64,000 nt of DNA from an uncultured delta proteobacterium (GTDB lineage: Bacteria; Myxococcota_A; UBA9160; SMWR01): contig CAWHTE010000005.1 in the NCBI GenBank assembly GCA_963832165.1, positions 32,001 to 96,000 on the forward strand. Reading direction: 5' to 3'. The position numbers and the translations under genes were made by a program. Of the stretch, positions 33,788-43,766 are shown in pieces (within the stretch, counting starts at the first letter, position 1; every line of letters starts with the position of its first letter). Under the pieces are notes generated by a model that saw only the letters and a program-made list of their open reading frames with translations, was not told the origin of the DNA and did not search any database.

Positions 33788-34720
33788 CGAAGCCCTGCGG
33801 CCGCGCGACTCCAGCACGAGGACTACGATCGCCGCGACGCCGAGCGGCACGAGCAGGAAGATCGCTCGCCACGCGAAGATCATCGCGAGGATCGGTGCGG
33901 TCCCGACGCGGTCGCCAAAGACCGCGAGGAAGACGGCCTCGAGCACACCGAGCCCGGCCGGAACGCGCACGATGAGGCCACCCAGCGCGGCGAGGCCGTA
34001 GGTCGCCGCAATCTGCGTGTAGGTGATCGACGTCTCCAGCGGACGCAGCGCGTAGAGGATCAGCGGCACGAGCATCCAGTAGGCACTGCCGAGACCGATC
34101 TGCGCGAGCGCGAAGCGCGGCCCGGGCAACCGATAGTCGCTGCCGCGAATCCGGATCGGTGCGCGCCGCACGCTCGCCGCAATCAGGTACCCGGCCACGG
34201 GTACCAGCGCGAGCAGCCCGAGACTGCGTCCGACCGCCGGCGAGAGATCCCACCCGAGCGCGAGCGCCGAGGGGTCGGTGAGCAGCATCGCGCCGAGTAC
34301 GCTCAGACAACCGCACCAGTTGGTGGCGATCGAGCACACCGCGATCGCGGCGATCCGCTCCGCGTCGACGCCTTCCCGGGAATAGAGCCGGTAGCGGAAC
34401 GCGAGTGCTCCCACCATCGCGCCGACATTGAAGTTGAAGGCATAGCTCACGAACGGAATCGAGAAGCCGAGCACCGCGGGGAGCCGCACGCCCGCATAGC
34501 GCGCCGACAGCCGGTCGTAGCACGCGACCACCGCGTAGCCTGCGGCCGTGAGCGCGAATGCCGCCGCGAGGCGCGGCGCCGACAGCCGCTGCAGCGCGGC
34601 GAGGATCTCGTCCGGATCGACCTCGCGCAGCTCGTCGCTCACCATCCAGACGACGACCCCGAAGAACGCGAGCGTCAGCGCCGCGCGCGCGAACCGCTTC
34701 GTCCGCTCGCTCACGTCCAT
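33704..34720 (-). CDS. YbhN-like lysylphosphatidylglycerol synthase TM-domain protein
   Basis: CYDRLS, SYAFNFNVG, FRYRLYS, VPAGLGVLEAVF, WRAIFLLVPL; ATG at 34720. Confidence 0.85.
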   Translation of the reverse strand: MDVSERTKRFARAALTLAFFGVVVWMVSDELREVDPDEILAALQRLSAPRLAAAFALTAAGYAVVACYDRLSARYAGVRLPAVLGFSIPFVSYAFNFNVGAMVGALAFRYRLYSREGVDAERIAAIAVCSIATNWCGCLSVLGAMLLTDPSALALGWDLSPAVGRSLGLLALVPVAGYLIAASVRRAPIRIRGSDYRLPGPRFALAQIGLGSAYWMLVPLILYALRPLETSITYTQIAATYGLAALGGLIVRVPAGLGVLEAVFLAVFGDRVGTAPILAMIFAWRAIFLLVPLGVAAIVVLVLESRGRRASLRGRGKARAAQRVAHGARSPAAAARRR

Positions 34721-35439
34721 GCCTCCAGCACGCCGCGCACGGGAAGATGGTCCGACGCCCAGCTCGCGAGCCGGCTGCGATGCGCGCCCAGCTCGACCAG
34801 CGCGTGCTGCGGGTGCACCCAGATCCGATCGAGCGCGAGCACGGGCATCGGGGACGGGAAGCTGCGCACGGCGGGCGATCGACCGAACACCGCGTTCAGT
34901 CGCCGCAGCGTGTGGCCCATCGGCGCCCACTCGTTGAAGTCGCCGAGCAGGATCGTGCAGCCGTCGCCGTGGTGTCCGACCGTGCGCACGAGCATCTCGG
35001 TCTGCAGCCGACGCTCGGAATGCCGCAGGCCGAAGTGGGTGACCAGCACGCGCACCGGCAGACCACCAACCTCTATGTCGGTATCCAGCAGCGCGCGCGG
35101 CTCGCGCCCGGGCACACCGATCTCGATGCGCCGCACCCCCTTCACGGGCCAGCGCGTCAGCACCGCGTTTCCATAGCTGCCGCTGTGGCGGACAAGCGCC
35201 GGCCCGTAGACGGCCGACATGCCGGTCGCGCTCGCGAGGTATTCCGCCTGGTCGTCGCCATCCTCGACGTGGTAGCGGGCATCGACCTCCTGAAGGGCGA
35301 CGATGTCGGCATCGAGCTCCCGGATCACGGCCGCCACGCGATCGGCGTCGCGGCGCATATCGGCACCGATACAGCGATGGATGTTGTAGGTCGCCACGAC
35401 GGCGAAATGCGGCTGCGCGCGCAGCGATCGGGAGCTCAT
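34711..35439 (-). CDS. Endonuclease/exonuclease/phosphatase family protein, YbhP-like
   Basis: ATYNIH, DIVALQEVD, GNAVLTR, THFGL, LGDFNEW, LDRIW, SDHLPV. Confidence 0.9.
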   Translation of the reverse strand: MSSRSLRAQPHFAVVATYNIHRCIGADMRRDADRVAAVIRELDADIVALQEVDARYHVEDGDDQAEYLASATGMSAVYGPALVRHSGSYGNAVLTRWPVKGVRRIEIGVPGREPRALLDTDIEVGGLPVRVLVTHFGLRHSERRLQTEMLVRTVGHHGDGCTILLGDFNEWAPMGHTLRRLNAVFGRSPAVRSFPSPMPVLALDRIWVHPQHALVELGAHRSRLASWASDHLPVRGVLEAWT

Positions 35440-37568
35440 CCCGGCGCGCCCTCGCGCGCCTGCGCTCGCACGCGGAGATGGCGCCGGATCCCGAGCATCG
35501 CGGCGATCATCGCAAACGCGATCGCGGTCGCTCCTGCGAGCATCGACGAGCCGTACGAGCCGATCGCCCGGGCGGCGCCGTGACCGAGCACCGCCATCAC
35601 GAACAGCCCAGGCGCCAATGTGCAGACGGTTCCCAACAGGAACGGGCGCAGCGGGAAGTGCGTCGCGCCCGCGACCACGTTCACGGCCCCGAACGGCGCC
35701 AGCGGCAGCAGCCGTGCGGCGAACATCGCGCCCAGACCGCCGATCCGGAGCTGCCGGCTCACCCGGTCGACATAACGCCCGGCCAGCTGCCGGATCGTGT
35801 CGCGCCGCACGTAGACACCCATCGCATAGCCGGCGAGCGCGCCCACGAGCGCGCCGAGGAACGCCGCCGCGGACCCGATCCACGGCCCGAGCACGAATCC
35901 GCACAGCGCTCCGAGCAGGGTCACCGGGGCCATCGCGACACCACCGAGGGCGACCACCGCGCTCGCGAGCAGCGGTGCGATCGGGCTGTCGCGCCATGGC
36001 GCGAGCCATGCATCGATGCCGAACGTCGCCATGCGCGCCGGGAGCGGCGTCGCATACCAGATCGCGGCCACGCCCGCCGCTGCGGCCAGGATGATCGCGG
36101 CGTGCTCGAGCGGACCGCGCAGCGCCGCGACCGGGTCCTCCGGGGCCAGCTCCGCGATCAGGTCGCTCATGCCGACCGGATGCTCCGGATCGATCAGCGC
36201 GGAGTCGGGGACCACCGTGTCGATCCACGTGTCGCGGTCGACCGCGAGCGGAACGAGCGTGTGCCCACGCCCGCGCAGCGCCTCGATCGCGGCACCGATC
36301 GACCCGCGCTGTTGGATCTCCGCGTGGACCCGCGCCGGCGCGACGTCGAGGTGCTCACCGATCAGGCGATCGCGCAGCGCGACGATCGCCGTCTTCACGT
36401 CGCTGCGGCCGCGCGCCTCGATGAATACGTCGCACTCGCTGTCGAGCCCCATCGAGCGATTGTTCAGGTTGGCGGAGCCGATCCGCAGGATCTCGTCGTC
36501 GACGATCACCGCCTTGGCGTGGATCTTCACGTCGACGCCCTCGCCCGCACACACGAAGTAGACGCGCAGGCGGTCGCAGCGGTCGGCCGCGCGCAGCCGC
36601 TCGAGCAGGCGCGCGCGCAGGACGCCCATCGTCGCCTCTTCGAGCCAGCCCGAGCTCGAGTGGGTGAGTACGATCACGATCTCGGGGCAGTCGTCGCGCG
36701 AGAGCCGCGCGACGAGCGCGTCGCCGACCGCAGCGCTGGTCAGGTACTGGTTCTCGATGTAGAGCGAGCGCCGCGCACCGCGGATCAGATCGATCCACGC
36801 GCTCGCCACCTCGGCGACCCGAGGACGGTCGGCATAGGCCGGCTCGGTGCGCGCGATCGCAAGGTCCACCCGCTCGACATCCGGCTTCACGCTCGCGGGC
36901 CACGGATCGCCCGCGGTCCGCACCGCTTTGCGCAGCCGTCCGCCCGCGCGGCGCCAGCGCTCTCGAGCGAGCGCTGCGAGCGCGGCCGCCGCCGCGCCAT
37001 CGCAGACCATCATCAGATCATGATAAGGCGGATAGCGCCGCCCCCACGGATCGACGCGCCGCGGGTCGTGCGGGAGATGTTCGCAGCTATCCCAGCGGCC
37101 GTGCGAGATGTCCATACCTCCCACGAACGCGATCTTGTCGTCGATCGCCACGATCTTCTGATGCTGCGATCCGCCGATCGGGTGGAGCGAGTCGAGCCGG
37201 ATGTGCACGCGGCGATGCGTGCGCCAGCCGAACTGCACCAGCGGCAGCAGCTCGCGGTCGAGCGCATAGAGCATCGGGAAGTCCCATTCGAGTACCCGCG
37301 CGTGGAGCCGCCGGCGCCGCGCGACGAGCGCATCGAGCATCGGACCGAGTTCGTGCGGCAGACCGAAGGGATTGTCGGGCTCGATCATCCGCGTCCGGCT
37401 GTTGACGTCCCAGCCCACGATGTAGATCGACCGCTCGGCGCGCGCGAACGACTCGGCGACCGCGCGGTAGTAGTCCTCGCCGTCGATCAGGAACGCCACG
37501 CGCGACGCCGGCTCGACGCGCCAGCAGTTGTGGCCTGGCCGTGCGATCGGTGAAGTCGGCGTATTCAT
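35436..37568 (-). CDS. Phospholipase D family protein fused to a C-terminal VTT/DedA membrane domain
   Basis: Two HKD motifs (HQKIVAID, HAKAVIVD...GSANLNNRS); C-term ARLLPLAPFGAVNVVAG...FLLGT. Confidence 0.88.
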   Translation of the reverse strand: MNTPTSPIARPGHNCWRVEPASRVAFLIDGEDYYRAVAESFARAERSIYIVGWDVNSRTRMIEPDNPFGLPHELGPMLDALVARRRRLHARVLEWDFPMLYALDRELLPLVQFGWRTHRRVHIRLDSLHPIGGSQHQKIVAIDDKIAFVGGMDISHGRWDSCEHLPHDPRRVDPWGRRYPPYHDLMMVCDGAAAAALAALARERWRRAGGRLRKAVRTAGDPWPASVKPDVERVDLAIARTEPAYADRPRVAEVASAWIDLIRGARRSLYIENQYLTSAAVGDALVARLSRDDCPEIVIVLTHSSSGWLEEATMGVLRARLLERLRAADRCDRLRVYFVCAGEGVDVKIHAKAVIVDDEILRIGSANLNNRSMGLDSECDVFIEARGRSDVKTAIVALRDRLIGEHLDVAPARVHAEIQQRGSIGAAIEALRGRGHTLVPLAVDRDTWIDTVVPDSALIDPEHPVGMSDLIAELAPEDPVAALRGPLEHAAIILAAAAGVAAIWYATPLPARMATFGIDAWLAPWRDSPIAPLLASAVVALGGVAMAPVTLLGALCGFVLGPWIGSAAAFLGALVGALAGYAMGVYVRRDTIRQLAGRYVDRVSRQLRIGGLGAMFAARLLPLAPFGAVNVVAGATHFPLRPFLLGTVCTLAPGLFVMAVLGHGAARAIGSYGSSMLAGATAIAFAMIAAMLGIRRHLRVRAQAREGAPG

Positions 37569-37713
37569 CGAGTGGGTCCCCGGGCAGCTCGCGCAGAATT
37601 ACATCCTGCAGGATGTGCAAGTTGCGTACCGACGCGGTCGATTCTCGTGCGAGAAGGAGCGGGAGATGCCTTGCGGTTGAGTCAGTTGCGCGCGGCGCAG
37701 TAGGATCCGACCC

Positions 37714-38562
37714 ATGCCGCCCTCGCCCACCGTATCGCGCGCGCGACGGCGCTTCGGACCCCGGGAATGGGCTGCGGGCGCAGTCGCGGGCGCGCTGCTG
37801 GTCTGGATCGCCAGCTGCTCGCTGTGCAGCGACTCGGAGGAGCTCGCGAGTCCGCAGCCGCGGCCGGCGCGATCGCCCGGCCTCGCCGCATCGGGCTCGG
37901 ACCAGGAGATCGTCGCGCTGCGGATGGCACTCGAACGTGAGATCGAGGAGCGCGAGCATCTGGCCGCCGAAGTGGCCTCGCTGCGTGAGCAGATCGAATC
38001 CGGAGCCACCGCCGCAGGCCCCGACGCGGCGAGCTCCGCGGCGACGCCGGACCGCGGCACACGGCGCTCCATGTTCGATGGGAACGCGTTGGTCACCGCG
38101 GGCACGGCGCCCGCAGATGCGCAGGAGTTGCGCAGTCGCTGGGAGAGCACGGAGCTCGAGAAGATCCGGCTGATCGACCGCGCGACACGCGAGGGATGGC
38201 TCGGCACGGCGCAATACCAGGAGGAGCTGAACGCCCTCGAGAGCAATCTTCGCCGAGGCCTGAACGAGTCGGACTACGACCGCTACCTCTACGCGACGGG
38301 CCGGAACAACCGCGCACAGATCACCGATGTGCTCGCGAACTCGCCCGGCGAAGCTGCCGGATTCCGCCCCGGAGACACGATCCTCAGCTACGACGGCAAG
38401 CGCGTGTTCAGCATCGAGGAGCTGCGCGACCTGGCCACCCGAAGCCGGCCCGGGGACACGATCCGCGTCGAGGTCTTGCAGGACGGTAAGGTCGAGACCT
38501 TCTCCGTCCCGGGAGGGCCGATCGGGCTCATGCTGAAGCCCGGGCACCAGTCGCCGCGCTGA
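37714..38562 (+). CDS. Membrane-anchored coiled-coil + PDZ domain protein
   Basis: N-term TM, coiled segment, C-term VLANSPGEAAGFRPGDTILSYDG. Confidence 0.8.
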   Translation: MPPSPTVSRARRRFGPREWAAGAVAGALLVWIASCSLCSDSEELASPQPRPARSPGLAASGSDQEIVALRMALEREIEEREHLAAEVASLREQIESGATAAGPDAASSAATPDRGTRRSMFDGNALVTAGTAPADAQELRSRWESTELEKIRLIDRATREGWLGTAQYQEELNALESNLRRGLNESDYDRYLYATGRNNRAQITDVLANSPGEAAGFRPGDTILSYDGKRVFSIEELRDLATRSRPGDTIRVEVLQDGKVETFSVPGGPIGLMLKPGHQSPR

Positions 38563-38685
38563 CGCGCGCCGTCACGCGATGCGGCGCCGCGGCCACAATC
38601 TGCTTGCAAATGCCGTTCTAGAGCGAGTAATAATGCCCCCCAGCGCGCTAAACGCGGTGGATTCCACTCTATTCGGAGGCTCCAA

Positions 38686-39018
38686 ATGAAGGTCTGGACT
38701 GGTTATCAGAAAGGCTTGCTGCTGGTTGGGCTGATCGCGGGCGTTTCCGCCGGGTCGATCGTCTTCTCGACGTCGATGTCCCAGGCGGCTCCGCCCGACA
38801 AGGTCACGGTCTGCCATGCGGACGGTCAGGACGGCACGATCAAGTTCAGCGTGATCGTCGTTTCGCCGCAGGGCGCGGCGGCTCACCTCGATCCCGTCAC
38901 CGGCACGCCGAAAGCGGGCCACGAGGATGACATCCTCGGCGCAGACGGCGTCTGCCCCGGCGGTCCGACCCCGACTCCGACCCCCACGCCGACTCCGACT
39001 CCCACTCCGGGAGTCTGA
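38686..39018 (+). CDS. Small secreted protein with KVTVCH motif and Pro-Thr tail
   Basis: SD GGAGG, signal peptide ending SQA, KVTVCH...AHL...GH...C, (PT)7. Confidence 0.8.
   Translation: MKVWTGYQKGLLLVGLIAGVSAGSIVFSTSMSQAAPPDKVTVCHADGQDGTIKFSVIVVSPQGAAAHLDPVTGTPKAGHEDDILGADGVCPGGPTPTPTPTPTPTPTPGV
38965..39009 (+). repeat. Hexamer coding repeat for (Pro-Thr)7-Pro
   Basis: CCGACC/CCGACT/CCCACG/CCCACT units in tandem. Confidence 0.85.
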
Positions 39019-39056
39019 GCCCGGGCGACTCGCCTAACAGCGAGCGTGTTTGATAG

Positions 39057-39082
39057 CGCGGGAGGGCCTCGGCCCTCCCGCG
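39057..39082. terminator. Hairpin between convergent genes, probable terminator
   Basis: CGCGGGAGGGC-CTCG-GCCCTCCCGCG perfect 11-bp stem; weak U-tail. Confidence 0.6.
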
Positions 39083-39089
39083 TTGCATT

Positions 39090-40442
39090 TCAGCGCCAAC
39101 CCGGCACGGATGTATACACGGTGCGCTGATAGTCGGGCGCCTTCACGTAGCTCAGCGTGAACGGGCTGATCAGCGCGAAGCCGAGGACCAGCGCCGCGAC
39201 CGTGAGCCACACGCTGCCGCGCTGCTCGCGCCAGCTTCCCGGCCGGGTCCACCAGCCACTGTGATCGAGCCAGAGCGCCACCGCGATCACGCCGAAGACG
39301 AGCGGCGTCAGGTAGTGGTAGAGGAAGAGCACGCGCGATACGCCCGAGAGCGGTGCGTAGGAGATCAACCACCCGCATACGGGAATCCACAACTGCGCGG
39401 GCCACGCGCGCTCGGGATCGCCGGGCGCCGGCTCCGTCAACGCGCGCAGCGGAAGCGCCGCGAGCACGAGCACCAGACCGACGGCGGTCCCCCACCACAC
39501 GACCGGATTGCCCAGGAAGAAGAGATGACTGCCGCTCCCGCTCCAGTAGGAGACGGCGCGCAGCATCAGTGGCCAGCTCCACCACGGGCTCGCATAACCG
39601 TGGCTCGCGGGAAGACCCGTGTTGGCGCCCCACATCCGCACCTGCACGGTGAGCGTATCCGCGAGCCAGTCGCCGGTCGGCGCGCCCCACCGGTCGCCGG
39701 GCCCGGGCTCGGAGAGCAGCGCGAAGTGCAGCCACCAGCCCGCGGCGTAGACCGCGAGTGCCGCCGCCGTCACCGCGAACGCATCTCCCGCGAGCGTACG
39801 CAGCACCGAGAAGCGGCGATCGCGCAGCCAGGCGGCGATGCCGCACAGGCCGACCATCGCGAGCGCGGCGAGGCCGGTGAGCTTGGTGCCCACCGCGAGC
39901 CCCACGCACAGCCCGGACGCGAGCGTCCAGACCAGGCGCGGTGCGCCGCGCGCGTTCAGCGCGGCCAGGTAGCAGGACAGCGCGCCGAGTGTGGCGGCCA
40001 CGAGCACGCCATCGAGCACGAGGATGCGCGTCTGGATCAGCAGCGCGTTGTCCAGCGCGATGGCGAGCGCTCCCAACAGCGCTCCCCAATCACTGGCTTG
40101 GAGTTGGATCAGAAGTGCGAAGACGAGCAGGGGGATCAGCGTGCCCGCCAGCGCCGGAACGAGGCGCAGCAGCGCGGGCGAGACCTTCGTGATCGGCCGA
40201 TGGATCGCTCCGAACTCCTGGTCACCGCGGTACCCGCCCAGCGCCGCCGCGCCAGCCACGAGCAGCTTCGCGTGCGGCGGGTGGACGTCGAAGAAGTACG
40301 CCCCGGAGCTCACGTACGCGTTCACGAACTCGCCGAACCACGACTCGTCGAACACGACCGATCGCGGCTCCGAGAGCCGGAAGAAGTGCAGCGGCACCGT
40401 GACGGCGGCGACCGCGAGCAGATATCGCGTTCGTCGGCTCAA
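39090..40442 (-). CDS. PMT-family lipid-linked protein O-glycosyltransferase
   Basis: VVFDE, YFFDVHPPHAKLL, R.LVLDG, GTKLTG, HGYASPWWSWPLM, LGNPVVWW, FLYHYL; probable TTG at 40442. Confidence 0.88.
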   Translation of the reverse strand: MSRRTRYLLAVAAVTVPLHFFRLSEPRSVVFDESWFGEFVNAYVSSGAYFFDVHPPHAKLLVAGAAALGGYRGDQEFGAIHRPITKVSPALLRLVPALAGTLIPLLVFALLIQLQASDWGALLGALAIALDNALLIQTRILVLDGVLVAATLGALSCYLAALNARGAPRLVWTLASGLCVGLAVGTKLTGLAALAMVGLCGIAAWLRDRRFSVLRTLAGDAFAVTAAALAVYAAGWWLHFALLSEPGPGDRWGAPTGDWLADTLTVQVRMWGANTGLPASHGYASPWWSWPLMLRAVSYWSGSGSHLFFLGNPVVWWGTAVGLVLVLAALPLRALTEPAPGDPERAWPAQLWIPVCGWLISYAPLSGVSRVLFLYHYLTPLVFGVIAVALWLDHSGWWTRPGSWREQRGSVWLTVAALVLGFALISPFTLSYVKAPDYQRTVYTSVPGWR

Positions 40443-40444
40443 AC

Positions 40445-41974
40445 CTAGACCGGCGTGATGTTCCGCCGCTTGGACGGCGCCGGATCGCGCCGGCCCCACG
40501 CGGCGCGCAGCCGCGCCGCGAGCTCGTTGCGCAGCTCGCGGTGCGGCACCACCGCATCGACGGCGAGCTCGCTCGCGAGCCGCTCGATGTCGATGTCCTC
40601 GCGGAACTCGCCGCGCAGCCGCTCCTCCTCGACCGCGCGCTCCGCCTCGGGCAGCGCCTCGAGCTTGTTGAAGTACACCGCGTTCACGGCCGCCTCGGGG
40701 CCCATCACCGCGATCATGGCGCCCGGCAGCGCGAGCGTGGCCTCGGGCTCGAAGCCGGGTCCGCTCATCGCGTAGAGCCCGGCGCCGTAGGCCTTGCGCA
40801 CGATGATCGAGAAGCGCGGCACGGTCGCCGACGACACCGCGGAGATCATCTTCGCGCCCGCGCGGATGATCCCCTGGCGCTCCACCTGCACGCCGACCAT
40901 GAAGCCGGGCACGTCGGCGAGGAACACGATCGGCAGTCCGAACGCGTCGCAGAGCCAGATGAAGCGCGCGGCCTTGTCGGCCGAGTCGACGAACAGCACG
41001 CCGCCCTTCGCCTTGGGCTGGTTCGCGACGATCCCGACCGGGTGGCCGTCGATGCGCGCGAACGCCGTGATCAGCTCCTTCGCGAACAGCCGCTTGATCT
41101 CGAACAGACTGTCCGCGTCGATCAAGCGCTCGATCACGCGCAGCATGTCGAACGTCTTGTTCTCCTGCGCGGGGATCTGCGCCTCGAGATCGTCGCAGCT
41201 CGCGATCGGCGCGACGGCCTCGGTGATCGGCGGCAGGGCGTCGCAGCTCGAGGGCAGATACGAGAGATAGGCGCGCGCGACCGCGATCGCCTCGGGCTCG
41301 GTCGCGACGAGAATGTCGCCGCAGCCCGAGGTGGTGCAGTGCATGCGCGCACCGCCCATCTCCTCGAGCGTGGTGTCCTGCGCGATCACCTTGGCCACCA
41401 TGCGCGGCGAGCCCAGGTACATGCTCGCGTTGCCCTCGACCATCACCACGATGTCACAGAACGCGGGGATGTAGGCGCCACCCGCGGCCGAGGGCCCGAA
41501 CAAGAGACACACCTGCGGCACGCGCCCCGACATCCGCACCTGGTTGTGGAAGATGCGCCCCGCGCCGCGCCGGCCCGGGAACATGTCGATCTGGTCGGTG
41601 ATGCGCGCGCCCGCGGAATCCACGAGGTACACGAGCGGAACACCGGCGCGCTCGGCGCGCTCCTGCACGCGCAGGATCTTCTCGACCGTGCGCTTGCCCC
41701 ACGAGCCCGCCTTCACGGTCGAGTCGTTCGCCATCACGCACACGGGCCGGCCGTCGATCCGGCCCGCCCCCGTCACCACGCCGTCCGCGGGCAGATCCCC
41801 CGCGAGGCTGTTCGCGAACGCGGCGTCCTCGACGAAAGAGTCGGCGTCGAGCAGCAGTGCGAGCCGCTCGCGGCAGAACAGCTTGCCCTCGGCGCGCGCC
41901 TTCTCGTGATACTTCGCGTCGCCGCCCCGGCGGATCTTCTCGAGCCGCTCGACCGCATCCTGCTCGCGCTTCAT
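40445..41974 (-). CDS. Acyl-CoA carboxylase carboxyltransferase (beta) subunit
   Basis: ANDSTVKAGSWG, VDSAGARI, SAAGGAYIP, GGARMH, DVPGFMVG, RKAYGAG; ATG at 41974. Confidence 0.93.
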   Translation of the reverse strand: MKREQDAVERLEKIRRGGDAKYHEKARAEGKLFCRERLALLLDADSFVEDAAFANSLAGDLPADGVVTGAGRIDGRPVCVMANDSTVKAGSWGKRTVEKILRVQERAERAGVPLVYLVDSAGARITDQIDMFPGRRGAGRIFHNQVRMSGRVPQVCLLFGPSAAGGAYIPAFCDIVVMVEGNASMYLGSPRMVAKVIAQDTTLEEMGGARMHCTTSGCGDILVATEPEAIAVARAYLSYLPSSCDALPPITEAVAPIASCDDLEAQIPAQENKTFDMLRVIERLIDADSLFEIKRLFAKELITAFARIDGHPVGIVANQPKAKGGVLFVDSADKAARFIWLCDAFGLPIVFLADVPGFMVGVQVERQGIIRAGAKMISAVSSATVPRFSIIVRKAYGAGLYAMSGPGFEPEATLALPGAMIAVMGPEAAVNAVYFNKLEALPEAERAVEEERLRGEFREDIDIERLASELAVDAVVPHRELRNELAARLRAAWGRRDPAPSKRRNITPV

Positions 41975-42903
41975 CGGGCTGCCTCGCGCTCGCGCGCGCC
42001 GCGCAGGGCCCGGTACACGCGCCCCGGCAGCGGTCGCCTGAGCACCTGGTTCTCGAGCCACGCGCTCGTGTCGACGAGCGCATCGAGCGACACCCCCGTG
42101 GCGACGCCGCTCCTCTCGAACAGATCCACGACGTCCTCCGTGGCGACATTGCCCGACGCGCCCGGCGCATACGGGCAGCCGCCGAGCCCACCGAGCGAGC
42201 TGTCGAACGTGCGCACGCCGGCCTCGTAGCCCGCGGCGACGTTCGCGAGCGCGCGCCCGTAGGTGTCGTGCAGGTGCAGCGCGACGCCGTCGAGCGGCGC
42301 CACGCCCGCCACCGCAGCGACGAGCGCGCGCACACCGCTCGGCACGCCCACGCCGATCGTGTCGCCGAGCGAGATCTCCGCCACACCCAGCGCGCGCAGC
42401 TTCTCCACGAGCGCGGTCACCGCGCCGACCGCCACCGCACCCTCGTACGGGCAGCCGCACACGGTCGAGACGTAGGCGCGCAGCCCGATTCCGTCCGCGA
42501 GCGCGCGCTCCGCGACGGGCCGGATCCGCTCGAGCTGGTCCGCGACGCTGCAGTTCAGGTTCTTGCGGTTGTGGGTCTCGCTCGCGGAGATGAACACCGC
42601 CGCCGTTTCGACGCCACCCGCGGCCCGAAAACGCGCGTAGCCCTGCTCGTTGGGCACCAGCGCGCTGAAGCGCACACCCGGGATCTCGGGCAGCGCCGCC
42701 GCGAGCGCGTCGCTGTCGGCGAGCTGCGGGATCCACTTGGGCGACACGAAGGAGGTCACCTCGATCCGCGCGAGGCCCGCGGCCGCGAGCCGGCGCACCA
42801 GCTCGAGCTTCGCCTCGGTCGGCACGGTCTCGGGCTCGTTCTGGAGCCCGTCGCGGGGACCTACTTCGTAGATGCAGACGCCGGGCGCAGCCACGCGGCT
42901 CAA
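41971..42903 (-). CDS. Hydroxymethylglutaryl-CoA lyase
   Basis: EVGPRDGLQNE, SFVSPKWIPQ, HLHDTYG, GLGGCPYAPGASGNVATED. Confidence 0.95.
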   Translation of the reverse strand: MSRVAAPGVCIYEVGPRDGLQNEPETVPTEAKLELVRRLAAAGLARIEVTSFVSPKWIPQLADSDALAAALPEIPGVRFSALVPNEQGYARFRAAGGVETAAVFISASETHNRKNLNCSVADQLERIRPVAERALADGIGLRAYVSTVCGCPYEGAVAVGAVTALVEKLRALGVAEISLGDTIGVGVPSGVRALVAAVAGVAPLDGVALHLHDTYGRALANVAAGYEAGVRTFDSSLGGLGGCPYAPGASGNVATEDVVDLFERSGVATGVSLDALVDTSAWLENQVLRRPLPGRVYRALRGAREREAAR

Positions 42904-43766
42904 ACGTACCCGAGTGCCTTGATGCGCGCAGGCCGCTTCGACCAGCGCGGCTCCACCTTCACCCAGAGCTCCAGGTGGACCTGCGCATCGACCAGCTTCT
43001 CGATCTCGCGGCGCGCGCGGATGCCGATCTGCTTGATCCGTTGGCCGCCCTCCCCGATCACGATCCCCTTCTGGCTCGCGCGCTCGACGATCAGGTTCGC
43101 GCGAATCCGCACGAGATCGCTGCGCGACTCGTCGAACTGCTCGATCTCCACCGCGAGCGAGTACGGTACCTCCTGATCCAGCGCATCGGTGGCGGCCTCG
43201 CGCACGAGCTCAGCCGCGAGGAAGCGCACCGGCCGATCGGAGAGATCGTCCTCGGGATAGAGCGGCGGCGACTCCGGCAGCCGCTCGCAGAGTGCGTCGA
43301 GCAGCGCATCGAGCCCCTCGCCCGAATGCGCGGAAACGCGGAACGCGCTCGGCGCATTCGGCGGCAACACCGCCTCGCGCGCGCCCGCGCGGTCGAGCTT
43401 GGTGCCCGCCACGACCACGGGCGTGCCGCGCTCGGCCAGATGTGCGAGCAGCGCCGCATGATCCTCGCCGAACCCGACCAGCAGATCGAACAGGACGAGC
43501 GCGACGTCGCAGTCGTCGGCGGCCTCGTGCGCCTGCCGGTTCAAGATCGCGTTGAACGTGCGCTCGCTGGTGTGGAGCCCGGGCGTGTCGAAGAAGAGCA
43601 GCTGCGCGTCCGGGCGGTTCTTGATGCCGAGGATCCGGCTGCGCGTGGTCTGCGGCTTCGCGCACACGATCGCGAGCTTCTCGCCCAGGACCGCATTGAG
43701 CAGCGACGACTTGCCCGCGTTCGGCCGTCCGAGGATCGCCACCGCACCCGCGCGATGCGCGGTCAC
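42900..43766 (-). CDS. era: GTPase Era
   Basis: GRPNAGKSS, KPQTTR, DTPG, EVPYS, SQKGIVIG, LELWVKV. Confidence 0.95.
   Translation of the reverse strand: MTAHRAGAVAILGRPNAGKSSLLNAVLGEKLAIVCAKPQTTRSRILGIKNRPDAQLLFFDTPGLHTSERTFNAILNRQAHEAADDCDVALVLFDLLVGFGEDHAALLAHLAERGTPVVVAGTKLDRAGAREAVLPPNAPSAFRVSAHSGEGLDALLDALCERLPESPPLYPEDDLSDRPVRFLAAELVREAATDALDQEVPYSLAVEIEQFDESRSDLVRIRANLIVERASQKGIVIGEGGQRIKQIGIRARREIEKLVDAQVHLELWVKVEPRWSKRPARIKALGYV

Noticed and set aside
38965..39009. Tandem repeat as a CRISPR or non-coding array
   Set aside because: It is a 6-bp in-frame coding repeat for Pro-Thr with synonymous variation and no spacers.
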